NCBI GenBank assembly: GCA_023205875.1 | Contig: CP060759.1 | Coordinates: 620,001 to 684,000, forward strand | Length of the DNA stretch: 64,000 bases | DNA from: Chloropicon primus | Lineage: Eukaryota | Direction: 5' to 3' | Shown: positions 43,963-55,757 of the stretch, piece by piece | Position numbering within the stretch: the first letter of the stretch is position 1 | Layout: each line of letters starts with the position of its first letter | The notes under the pieces: generated by a model | Seen by the model: only the letters and a program-made list of their open reading frames with translations | What the model was told of the DNA's origin: nothing | The model's database searches: none | Program-made: the position numbers and the translations under genes

Positions 43963-44337
43963 AACGCAACACACACACACATGTATGATCCTAATAAAGT
44001 CATCAAGTATAAAGTAGTTTCTTCTTCTTCTTCTCAAACCTCGTCTTCCTTTTCAACTGCTGACCGGTGTGGCAGACAAGGACGACTCCCTTGATCCAGC
44101 CATCCATCACAGCGGCGAGAGACTGATGTGCCCGCTCCACCAGCACACAGAGGCAAGACTGTTCGATCCCCGCAGCAGGAAGGCAAGGAAGGGACCTCTC
44201 CGCTTGCCTCCTATGATAGAAGTTGCGGACCCAAAGCTTGCTGCATCCATCCTTGCGCCTGATCCCACGAAAACAGATGGAGGGGGCAAAGCAAAAACAA
44301 AATCATCGGGCGGCGAACACATCACACGTGACGCGCT

Positions 44338-45571
<1,234 letters not shown>

Positions 45572-45639
45572 GTTCACACACACACACAAATAATTCAATC
45601 CTGAAGTATATATACAGAGAGTACAGAAGCGCTGTTGCT

Positions 45640-46230
45640 TCACGTTGGCATCCCGAAGTTGAACAGGAAGTCTGGCATCTTGTCCACGGCCCCTTTGAAA
45701 GCCAAAAAATCGATTCCCTGGCCATCCGGATCGATCTCAAGGATGACTTGCTTGGCAATCTCCTCCAGCTGGTACGGGTCAAGCATCTCAAGGAGGTCGT
45801 CCTCCTTGAGAGGAAGAGCCGTCTCGTTGATGTACGTCGTCGAGTTCGTGATGAGGTCGACCCCGCACTTCACGTCCGCGATGCCTATCATGTCGTCCCC
45901 GTCGAAGTCCCACAGGGCAAAGGCCCAGACGACCCTCACGTCTGGGCTCGCCTTCTTCGAGAACGCTGACTTCATGTCCAGGAAGTTCGTGAAGGTCAGG
46001 CTGCCGCTCCCGTCCTCGCTGAACAGCTCGCATATTCTAGGGGCGAAAGGATTCGCCCGAAGCTCGTCCACGGCCAGGCACTCCTCATACTCCAAGATGC
46101 TGTTCCCGGACACGTCCAGCTCTTTGAACCGTCTGTACAGACCCTGTATCTCCTTGGGGGAGAAAATGGTCCGCGTCGCCAGCTGGTGCGCTTGCTCCGG
46201 AGGCAGAGGCAAAGCAAAGTTCATGGCCAT
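45640..46230 (-). CDS. CIB/calcineurin-B-like EF-hand protein
   Basis: FSPKEIQGLYRRF, ELRANPFAPRICELFSEDGSGSLTF..FLDM, AFALWDFDGDDMIG. Confidence 0.82.
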   Translation of the reverse strand: MAMNFALPLPPEQAHQLATRTIFSPKEIQGLYRRFKELDVSGNSILEYEECLAVDELRANPFAPRICELFSEDGSGSLTFTNFLDMKSAFSKKASPDVRVVWAFALWDFDGDDMIGIADVKCGVDLITNSTTYINETALPLKEDDLLEMLDPYQLEEIAKQVILEIDPDGQGIDFLAFKGAVDKMPDFLFNFGMPT

Positions 46231-46346
46231 CCTGCCCTTCGTCCCGTTCCTTCCCTCGCTGCCCACTCACAAGCCTCCCTTCCCAACCAGACCAACAGAG
46301 TCCTGCAACCAGAACAACAACAACAGCAAACAAACAAGAGGAAGAC

Positions 46347-46490
46347 CAACATCACGTCAATTCAGCTCCTCCACGACCTCGCCATGGCGTCAAAACTTTC
46401 CAACAAAAGGGTCGAACGAAAGAGCACGAGATAAAGCTTCCGCCCGTCTCGCCCCCCACCGCCCTCCTCCCCGTTATCTCGGCCAGAACT
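46347..46490. repeat. Dispersed 144-bp repeat, copy B
   Basis: About 94% identical to 31355-31498, same orientation. Confidence 0.9.
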
Positions 46491-46778
46491 CGACCAGAAC
46501 TCACCTTTCACCAACACTCCATGGGCCAAGCTTTTCGGAACCGGAGGGAGGACTGTCGCTCCAAAAAATCGTATTAGGTTTTTGCGAGCGGGCGAAGGAA
46601 CCGAGGGAGCGGCCGCGTGTTTGGAGACGAGGTTGGGGAGCCGGAGCTGAGGAGAGTGTCGCGACACGAAAGTACGTCTCGAGGGCTTTCTATTGTTGGG
46701 TCACTTTGCGTTTTTCGTGAGGTGTGACGGAAGTTTGAGCGAGTTGCGGCTGCAATAGAGGTTTGGAAGAGGACCACG

Positions 46779-47438
46779 ATGGCAGCGAAGAACGTGGGAG
46801 GTGCGATGTCGAAGGTGAAGGGCTTCCTGGACGCCCTGCCCTTCAAGGCGCCGTGGAAGGTCGCTGGACCAGTGGTGAGCTCGGAATGGAAGTCGGCGGA
46901 CTTGAACGTGGAGGAGTACAGGAGAAATGCGCCAGGGTGAGTTCAAGTTCCACCAGGGAGGTCGTCTGCCCGGTTGGCAGACGAGGTTTTGGTGTTGGCG
47001 GGCTTGCTCGCGGAGAAGGATTGGGTTCTGACCGGTTTGAATTTCTCTTCTTGCCTTGTTCTCTTGGTCGTTTTCGGCAGGCAAGTGCAGGGTGAGCCGC
47101 CCCTCATCCCTCGAACCACCCCCGATAAAGTTTATGACATCAGATACTGGCCTCGCGACACGAAGAGGGAGCACATGCTGGTGGGAGGAACGAACAAGAG
47201 GTTCCAGGAGGTCTCATGGATAGAGACGGGACTCGCCGTGAAGGTACGTCGGACGGAAAGGCAGTCACGACGGCTCTTGCCCGCGCCGCAGCGAGTTTGC
47301 TGACCGAAACGTTTTCCCTCTTCTCCCGTTGTTTAGCCACAAAACTTTTGCCTCAAGCCTCCTGAAAAGTCCGCCTACAGGCCTTTCAAGGCGACGAGGA
47401 AGCCGCTGTTAGACGTCACGAACGATGGATACGAATAA
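46779..47438 (+). CDS. NDUFA7: Complex I subunit B14.5a/NDUFA7 (plant type); exons 46779-46936, 47081-47243, 47337-47438
   Basis: Spliced KAPWKVAGP..EW..EYRRNAPG|Q..IPRTTPDKVYDIRYWPRDTKR...DGYE* resembles plant B14.5a; the intact gene is absent from the ORF track. Confidence 0.82.
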
Positions 47439-47511
47439 TTTAACAGGTTTACTCAATATTCTTTAGTTAGCCAACTCTCTCGTGCTTCTGTTGAGCTTTC
47501 ATAATCTCTTC

Positions 47512-49398
47512 TCAGTCGCTGCTGTTGCGAAATGTCGCGGCGAACTTGTCCGGCCTGGTGACGTCCAGGGCACCCAAAACGACAGTCTTCCCCTCGGCCC
47601 TGCACTCTGCACACAGCTTCACTTCCAACGGAGATATCTGCCCCAAGACAAAGATGACGGCCACGTCAGAGTCGCTGACTTTGGGTTTGCTCTTGAACCC
47701 AAATCGTCCCAGCCCACTCGCGAGGAGACCGCCGAGAGATCCAGGGACGTACTTCAGGGCCTCCTCCTCGCTCGAGTTCGAGCCAGAGAGCAAGTCCAGG
47801 GTTGAGGAGATCAAGGGCCTGAACGTGTGTCTCAGACCCAAGAGAGACGGGCTCTCTTTGTTCAGCTTGCAGCACACCGAGGTCGCCTTCTCGAGCCTCT
47901 CCAGCGTGGCCCCGATCTTCTTCTGAATCTCGACTTCTTTGCTTTCCCCTTCGTCTCGGATCTTTTCCGAGAGGTACAAGTCCGTCAGAAAGTCTCTCAG
48001 AATGCCGTCGCCCTGAGTGCTCTCCTCCTGCCGCCCGAACTTCAGGCTGACCAGAATGTGGGCAATGAACGCCAGTCTCTCCAGGTCGGACGTTGACAGG
48101 GAATCGCAAGCGTTGCTCTTGATTTTTGAGACCAGGTCGAGCAGATACTGGATAGGCATTTCTGGACTGTCGAGCGAAAGGTGCAGCAAAACTTCTTCCA
48201 CTGCCACGAGGAAGTCCCACTTCTTACTTAGTTCCGGGCCGAGGCCTTGAATGACAAGGTCAGCATACTGCAGCAGCGATGCGTACTTCTGCTTCCGTGA
48301 TTCCGTTCCCTCCAAAGAGCTCTTTAACTTTGAAAGCTCGTCGACAGTGATCGCGCCGAGCTTGCCCCGCACCCCATCCGGAATGTGCTCCTTCAGCAGA
48401 GCCTCCTTGAGTTCCCTCCGGATCACGCAGCTCGCGTCCTTTGCCCTTTGGCTGCAGATAAGGTCGAACCAAGACAATGCCGCCCTGTCCGTGGGCTGAG
48501 TGATGCTCCCCGCCGTCAGCAAGGAGTCCTCGGCCAGCCTATCCAGGTCGGAGTCCGCATGGCACGCAGGTGTGACGAGGTCCAACGCACGATCCAAGAG
48601 AACTAGCGATACGCTTTGCTGGGCCTGCTTCCCCCTTTTGCGATCCATGGAGGCCACCTCCTTTGCCAGGACCTTGGAGACCCTTCCCTGAGCGAACACG
48701 TGCGCGTCCCAGCACATGTGCGAGCACATCTCCGACAGCGTCCTTGCCAGGAAAGCGAGTCCGGGAGAGATGTCCTCCTCGTAGTCGGTGAGATCGAACT
48801 CGGAGCTCTGGTAGTACTTCGAGTCGGCCACGTCGAGGTCGCCTCGCAGACCTTGGCTCAGCCCGCAAGGGGTCGGGATCGTGAAAACCCCGGCGGATCG
48901 AGGGCAATACACCAACGGGCACGACCTGATGTCCAGGTGGAAGCCGCGGGCGCCGAAACCGGTCAGGTCCTGAAGCTGACTCAGCAGTTTCTCCTTGAAG
49001 GACTCGAACGGATATAACCGCATCTCCGTCGGCGCGAGCGAGCTGTACGTCTCCTCCGACGTCGTAGTGAATATTGTACATGAGCTGAACCTCCCCGCGG
49101 AAGTCGTGAGGAGCCTGAGGATGTCCGGGTAGCTCTCGTGCAGCAGCTTCCCGGTGAACAGGACCACCTTCTCGATGGACCGATCTCCAGGGTTGAGGAC
49201 CTCCGCGCGGTCCGCGTCCTGGGGCGTCGCGGCCTCCAAGCCGCACACGTTGACCGCCCCCGCCCCCATCATCTGCCTGATCCCCCAGGCATCCCTCGCC
49301 GTCTCCACGAAGGCCTCATCGACGTACACGAGCGAGCCCACGAGTTCCCCTGAACTCTCGAGCAAGCTCCTCTGCGCCTCGAAAACCAAATCGCACAT
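47512..49398 (-). CDS. Sec1-family domain-containing protein SCFD2/MIP3-like
   Basis: LVYVDE, GAVNVCGLE, SLVLLDRALDLVTPACH, GLGRFG..KP, IFVLG.I...EV. Confidence 0.78.
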   Translation of the reverse strand: MCDLVFEAQRSLLESSGELVGSLVYVDEAFVETARDAWGIRQMMGAGAVNVCGLEAATPQDADRAEVLNPGDRSIEKVVLFTGKLLHESYPDILRLLTTSAGRFSSCTIFTTTSEETYSSLAPTEMRLYPFESFKEKLLSQLQDLTGFGARGFHLDIRSCPLVYCPRSAGVFTIPTPCGLSQGLRGDLDVADSKYYQSSEFDLTDYEEDISPGLAFLARTLSEMCSHMCWDAHVFAQGRVSKVLAKEVASMDRKRGKQAQQSVSLVLLDRALDLVTPACHADSDLDRLAEDSLLTAGSITQPTDRAALSWFDLICSQRAKDASCVIRRELKEALLKEHIPDGVRGKLGAITVDELSKLKSSLEGTESRKQKYASLLQYADLVIQGLGPELSKKWDFLVAVEEVLLHLSLDSPEMPIQYLLDLVSKIKSNACDSLSTSDLERLAFIAHILVSLKFGRQEESTQGDGILRDFLTDLYLSEKIRDEGESKEVEIQKKIGATLERLEKATSVCCKLNKESPSLLGLRHTFRPLISSTLDLLSGSNSSEEEALKYVPGSLGGLLASGLGRFGFKSKPKVSDSDVAVIFVLGQISPLEVKLCAECRAEGKTVVLGALDVTRPDKFAATFRNSSD

Positions 49399-49535
49399 CG
49401 CGAGCGCGGCGGTCCCTCAATTCTCTTCCGGCCCCTCCCCCCTCTGTCGACCGCCGCTGCCGAGGCGAAACTGATGAAAAAGGGGAGCTCAGATTTTGAG
49501 ATCCACGTCCCCCACCTCGTTCTCCCCCCCCAGAT

Positions 49536-49834
49536 CCAGAGCACCACCTCCCCCCTCAATTGATCACGCCAAAGCTCCCGACCCAAGACGAGGACCGAAC
49601 CTCACGCACCAGACTCACACACACAAACACAAACACAAACACAAGCACACACTCTCTCTCCTCCTCCTCCTCCTCTCCCCTCCTCTCTCTCTCTCTCTCT
49701 GCTCTGCTCTCTCTCCCCTCTCTGCCAGAGCACCTGCCCCCTCAATCGATCACGCCAAAGCTCCCGACCCAAGACGAGGACCCGAACCTCACGCACCACA
49801 CTCTCTCCCTCCCTCCTCCCCCACTGCCTTCCCT

Positions 49835-49880
<46 letters not shown>
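49536..49880. repeat. Two ~80-bp direct repeats (49536-49616, 49725-49803), each followed by CA/CT microsatellite
   Basis: ccagagcacc...gatcacgccaaagctcccgacccaagacgaggacc...cctcacgcacca occurs twice. Confidence 0.88.
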
Positions 49881-49884
<4 letters not shown>

Positions 49885-50329
49885 CCTCAGGGTCGTTGTT
49901 TGAGTGTTCATGTGTACACTGCCGATAGACTCTTATCCGGATCTCATATCTTCTTCTAATTGGATAGAGCCAGAGCTTCTCGCTAGGCTTGGCTTTGCGC
50001 GCGACTTTGAGGAGACTTCGGGACCAGGAAGGTCGTGGCAAGAGGTTCGACGGGGTGAACCAAACGCTTGTTCATCTCTAGAGCTTTCGTTCGAGACGGA
50101 CGTTGTGTCATTTGGAGGTGTAGAGGTTGAGATTCGGGCGTTTTGAAGAGAGGTGTGGAGGTTTCCGTTTCCGTGGGGTTGATTGGCGTGACGACGAGGG
50201 GGAAGGCGCCAAGGGGGTTGGAGGTCCTTTTCCCGTCCTGGGAGCAAGCAATCCGTTTGAGCTCTCGCTTTGGTTTCCGCGAGAAGCGACTTGATTCCGG
50301 TTGAGAGAGAGAGAGAGAGGTTGGGATAT

Positions 50330-51565
50330 ATGAGGCAGTGTGTGTTGGGGAAGGCAGGCTTGAGGTCTGTGGGTGTGAGGGGGCCGAGGCGTGGCGGTGG
50401 GGTGGCAGCGCTGGCGGTGGAGCCTCGCACGGCGCGGCAGATCGGATCGTCCTGCTCGAGACCCGGCTGCGGGTCGTCGTGGAGGCGCACGGCAGGGGGG
50501 AGGGGGGACAGGAGTGGTGTTGCCGTGAGGTGCGAGGCGGGCCAGGCGGACTACAGGAGCAAGAAGCCCGAGGAGGTCTCAGTCATGGTGACGGGGGGCA
50601 CCGGGTACATCGGAAGGGCGGTTGTGAACGAGCTGAAGAGCCGGGGCTACAACACGATCGTGTTCGCGAGAGAGAAGAGCGGGATCGGAGGGGCGGAGGG
50701 GAGGGCGGAGACGATCAAGCGGTTCGAGGGGACCACGGTTGAGTTTGGCGACGTTACCGACACCGCCTCCCTGAGCGCGGCGATGGGGAAGCATGGCGTG
50801 GACGTTTGCATCTGCTGCCTCGCCAGCAGAACCGGCGGCATCAAAGATTCCTGGCTTATCGACTACCAGGCGACGAAGAACTGCATGGACGCGGCCATCA
50901 AGTCCGGGGCTTCCCACTTCGTGCTCCTGTCCGCGATTTGCGTGCAGAAGCCCCTCCTCGCGTTCCAGGAGGCCAAGCTCAAGTTCGAGGGGGAGCTGAT
51001 GGCGTCGAAGGAGATCACGCACTCCATCGTGAGGCCCACGGCGTTTTTCAAGAGTCTTGCGGGTCAGGTGGAAAGCGTGAAGAAAGGAGGCCCGTACGTC
51101 TACTTTGGCGACGGGGATTTGTGCGCCTGCAAGCCGATCAGCGAGAGGGACCTCGCGTCCTTCATCGCGAACTGCGTGTCGGACGAGTCCATGGTGAACA
51201 AGATGTTGCCTATCGGGGGTCCAGGAAAGGCGTACACACCAAGAGAGCAAGCCGACTTGCTTTTCGGCCTCATGGGGGAGAAGCCAAAGTGCTTTCCGGT
51301 CCCCGTGAGCCTCATGGACGGCATCATCGGCATCTTTGAGTTCTTCTCGAGGTGGTTCCCTTCTCTGGAGGACACGGCGGAGTTTGGAAAGATCGGAAAG
51401 TACTACGCGACCGAGTCCATGTTGGTTTACGATCCCTACACGGGCACTTACGATGCTGATGCGACCCCAGAGTACGGCGAGGATACCCTGGAGTCCTTTT
51501 TCAAGAAAGCTTTGGAGGACGGACTCGAGGGACAGGAGCTCGGGGACCAAGCCGTCTTCAAATAG
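50330..51565 (+). CDS. DVR: Divinyl (proto)chlorophyllide 8-vinyl reductase, plastid
   Basis: Transit peptide; GGTGYIG, CLASRTGG.KDSW.IDYQAT, LSAICVQKPLL.FQ.AKL.FE, IGKYYA.ESML. Confidence 0.95.
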   Translation: MRQCVLGKAGLRSVGVRGPRRGGGVAALAVEPRTARQIGSSCSRPGCGSSWRRTAGGRGDRSGVAVRCEAGQADYRSKKPEEVSVMVTGGTGYIGRAVVNELKSRGYNTIVFAREKSGIGGAEGRAETIKRFEGTTVEFGDVTDTASLSAAMGKHGVDVCICCLASRTGGIKDSWLIDYQATKNCMDAAIKSGASHFVLLSAICVQKPLLAFQEAKLKFEGELMASKEITHSIVRPTAFFKSLAGQVESVKKGGPYVYFGDGDLCACKPISERDLASFIANCVSDESMVNKMLPIGGPGKAYTPREQADLLFGLMGEKPKCFPVPVSLMDGIIGIFEFFSRWFPSLEDTAEFGKIGKYYATESMLVYDPYTGTYDADATPEYGEDTLESFFKKALEDGLEGQELGDQAVFK

Positions 51566-52305
51566 AGCACCACGCAGAACAACAGACGTCCCGTTTGATT
51601 GGAAAGAATAACTATGGACCCATTTTTTAATACCTTTACACCACAAGAACAAGCCGTGCCGCCTTGCTCGCGAACACCTGCCCTTCCGAGCCAGTAGCCG
51701 CGCCCCCTCCGCCGAACTTTTGTACACGCGCCGCTTCAACCTCCCTTCGCCCTTGGATCACTCGCAGCCGTTTTGGTTTTCCTCGACCTGTCCATGAGGT
51801 ACTGAAGAGCGTTCACTTTCTTCGCGCTGATCGGCGTGATACGCGACACCTTCGGAGCCCGAGGGGCGCAGCTCGGCCCAAGACCCGCCGCTAGGGGAAC
51901 CTCGGACGCCCGCTTTCCCGTCATCACTCACACTCAAGTCGTGTCGTTGCGTTGCGTTGCTCCCCGCGAATGCGAGTGAAGGAGGCCACCACCGCGTCCA
52001 AGCGCGCGCAAGCGAACGCGAACCCGCCACGAACACCTGAGAGCACGGGGTACTCGCCACCGCCGGCTCTTGCCCCTCGCCTACGATAACCGAGCACCGA
52101 CCGAGGACGGCCGTCAAGTCCGTCTGTCGATGAGAAAATGGATTGGATTTGGAGCGCGGGAAACGGGAAGGGCGGGAAGGAAAGGTCTGCAAGCTTGTCA
52201 TCGAGAGAGAGGAGGAGAGAGATGCATTTGCATTGCAACAACTGCGCCAGTGGGCCAGTCATCATAGCTCTGTGTGTGTGTGTGTGCGATGATGAAGTGT
52301 ATTGT

Positions 52306-53508
52306 TCACAAGGCAGGAGGGTTTCGTTGATTAGCGCTTGAGGTGGAACCAAAGGTTTTGATGCTGGCCTTGGCAGCCACCAGAGCAGCAGCGCTTGCCT
52401 GCTGCGTTGCTTCCACGCCACCTCCGGAGCGGAAGGTCCTAAAGAATGGGAAGGAATTCCAGAGTGTGAGACACGGGCGGAGTTTTGTTCGTCGTTGCTG
52501 ATCGACGGGGTGGGGGGGAGAACTTACCGGAACGCCCACTGGAGGATCCACAGGCTTAGCAAACCGATGCCGAGCCACAGCACCGTGTTGATCAGGCAGA
52601 GGATGGCGAAAAAGGTGTGAATTCCGCCGTCCTTCTCAAGCTCGTAGATCATGGTGAACAGGCCCGCGTTATAGTACCCGATGACCGGAGGAGAAAGAAA
52701 AGCGAGGCCGCAGAACAAGATGTGGAACCTGAAGAGAAGAGGAGAAGAAAGGAGAAAGTGCGCGGGCCTCCGTCAGCGACTTTCGAAGAGGAGAAGAAAG
52801 GGTTCGAGTTGGTTCACCCCTCTCTGGAGCCACCTACCCGTAATGGAAGAAGAACTTGATGTGCGCAAATACACCGTCCGTCTGCGCAACGTTGTACAGC
52901 GCTTGGTACCACATGAAGTACGCCAGGGGGATCCCCCCCACAGTGGCAAGGCAGTTCATGAGGAAGGTCGACAAGCTTGTTCCGCCCCCAGTGATCAGCA
53001 TCAGAAACACGATCGAGAAGTTGAGGACATAGCCCGCCTCGGTGCACAGCCAGCAGATGAACCCGTATCGAACGAAGGACTGCCGGTCCGCCGGGATGTC
53101 GTTCTGGATGTCGTGCCGGATCAGAGGGTGAAACTTCGGCCAGTTGGGGGCCTTGTCGGCGATTCCCTCCCTCCGGTTCTGCTCCTGCTCCCGCGCCTTG
53201 AGAGCGGCCTCCCTCTCCTGGAGCTCCTTCTCCCTCCTCGCAAGCTCCTTCGCCCGCTCGTCCTCTGCGACCTTCCCCTGGGACCAGACCGGGAGCACGG
53301 GAGGCGCTTCCGTCCCCGCGGGCGTCGGGGCCACTGCCTCCGGTGGGCCCGGGGGAGACTGCCCCGGCTCCTGGCCCGACGAATAGAAGTCGTCCAAGGC
53401 CTCCTTGCTCATGTCCACGAGCGTGGGAGGCTTCACATCGCCGGCGTCCAGCACAAATGGATTCTCCTCCTCCCCGTCCCCGCCCAGCAAGGACTCCTCG
53501 GCGTCCAT
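52306..53508 (-). CDS. SCAMP: Secretory carrier-associated membrane protein, 3 exons
   Basis: NPF motif, coiled coil ELARREKELQERE, NWPKFHPLIRHDI..DIP, four TMs, WYQALY, FRSGG tail. Confidence 0.9.
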
Positions 53509-53905
53509 ACCAAACGAGTTGAGGAAACCTCGCGACTTCGACTTTCCCTCTTGGAACACTTGCCGCCCTCCCCCCCGCCCAAACCAAACCTTCTGCTCGT
53601 AACCGACCGGACCGCTGGTCACGCCACGCCCTCAATGTAACGTAACGCCTTGCCCTCGATCTCGATCTCGAGTTCGAACCTAACCCTAACCTAGCGGAGC
53701 GCGAGCGAGGAGCGGACGAGGGTCGGGTTTCGCGGACGAGAAGGGAAGGAGGTTGCGGGAACGGGACGCGGGGAGAGCGACGCCCATTGACTCTTCGCCC
53801 CTTGGGCTTCCGATTGGTGCGTGCCGCTTGACGAGTTTCGACGCCCCCAGGCGGAAGGTCTTTGTTGGAGGCGAGTTTCGTTTGGTGTGAGGGAGAGCGA
53901 GGAAG

Positions 53906-55722
53906 ATGTCGGAGGGGAAGACCGTGAACAGTGATGTGGCGGCCTTGGCGCACAAGTTCAAGCGGAGCATCTCGATGGCGAAGCCTCACCTTGTGAATGC
54001 GCTGAGCGTGAAGGATGCCAAAACCATCCGGCAGTGGGAGGACGAGGGCAGGGACAACCTGACGGAGCGGAGCAGGATGTACTCCTCGACGAGGGACTCG
54101 CAGCCCCCGAGCGACGGGGGGAGCGAGAGGTCCATGCAGTCCCTGTACTGCGAGCCCCTGAGCAGCTGCAATGCCCAGTACGCGATCACGCTCCTGAGGG
54201 ACCGCTTCGGTGTCGACTCCCAGATATGCGACAACATGAAGCAGAGGATGCACCTGACGACGCCGATCACGGTGGAGCTGAAGCGCCAGGACGACAAGGG
54301 CCTGACCGTGGCGGACGTCCAGGGAATCAGGAAGGGCCTGCTCAGAGAGGCCGGGTGCTTGGGCCTGATGAAGCAGCTGGAAGGCACGGGGAAGATGGAC
54401 GCGGACTCGGTCAAGGATTTGAACATGAGTGAGAGCGCCGTGGCTTTCTTCAAGAACATTTACTACGGCGAGTGCCCAGAGATCATGACGGGCGAGGACC
54501 CGACATACAAGGACTTGAGGAAGGTGGTCCGCACCACAAACTCCAAACTTTTCGTGAACGCGACCGCGAACGAACATTTCTCGGTGCGGGACTGGTTCAC
54601 CTCGAGAGGGATCCAACCGAGGCCGGTCTACACTTGCTCCCTGGTCTCCAACTCGGACCTGCTCTTGGGCCAGGGACCGAATGGTGGGCACGGCGGGACG
54701 GGCTTGTACGCGACGGATAAGGGGGACAAGGACAAGAAGGGAAAAGAGAATCTGAACCAGAACCTGACTCGCATGACGAGCCACATCAGGGAGCTTTGGA
54801 TGTCAGGGTCCGACATCAACCAAAGAATATTCCACCGCGTCAACAGGGACGAGGAGGTCCTTGGCTTTCTTGTGGGCCTCAAGCAGATGAAGGTGGGAGT
54901 TGTTATTGCCCTGGGATTTCCAAGGTCGTACAACATGTTGAACGTCAAGACGATGATCTACGGGAAAAACGGTTACGCGGACACGGATCTCTTTTCAAAG
55001 CCTGGCATGAGGTCCGTGCAAAAGATGGACGAGTGCTACAAGAGGAACACCGCAAGAGATTTCTTCAACTACTTTGGTGCCAGAGACGGCGACGATGGCT
55101 TGCCGTGGAGGGACTTGGGAGGGGGGGTGAGGAAGTGCCAGATCGAGGACTTCGAGCTGACCTCCAGACTCCTGAAGACGCTGAAGAACGAGGCGGGATG
55201 GCCCATGGACATTTACGAGCTCCACGTGAGCTGGAGCGACGGCTGCTTGTGCTCATCCATCAAGGAGGAGATGGACTTGAAGGTCATCAACATACGGACG
55301 TGGGACCAATCTCCCTCGATGCTTGTTGCCGACCAAGTGAGTGAGCTCGTCGACACCGTCCTTGACGTTGACCCCGAAAACTGTTTTGTTTTCATTCACT
55401 GTGCTGGAGGTAAGTATCTCACTTCAAAATTACATGCATTTACTCTCTCTCTCTCTGCGAAGTCCGCGCGGCACAAAAAAATTCAGGAAAAAAAATTAAC
55501 CGCTGATCTCCTTTCTTGTCCCCAGGTATCGGGCGCACAGGCAACCTGGCCTACGGCCTGTCCGAGATCATGTGCGGCGATGTTCCCAAGGATCCCTTGA
55601 AGAAACTTGAGTGGTTTCGTAGCTTCCGCCCTGGTTGCATCCAGACACCAGAACAGCTGGTAGACGGAATGACGTTGTCAAACATGATACTGGAAGACAT
55701 GGTGGATCGCTGCGACAAGTGA
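53906..55722 (+). CDS. Protein-tyrosine-phosphatase-like protein; intron 55410-55525 splits the P-loop
   Basis: Spliced IHCAGG|IGRTG (CX5R) and Q-loop RPGCIQTPEQL. Confidence 0.8.
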
Positions 55723-55757
55723 AAAAGTGGGAGAGCTTTGAAAATGAGCGAATAAAT

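Noticed and set aside
44069..44330. Short ORFs between ACR3 copy 2 and OTC as a possible arsenate reductase
   Set aside because: No CX5R, rhodanese or glutaredoxin motif in the frames I translated
53677..53693. Telomere-like AACCTAACCCTAACCTA (telo-box or telomerase template?)
   Set aside because: Too short and irregular, with no supporting Pol III promoter or terminator seen; may be a promoter telo-box but this is not supportable
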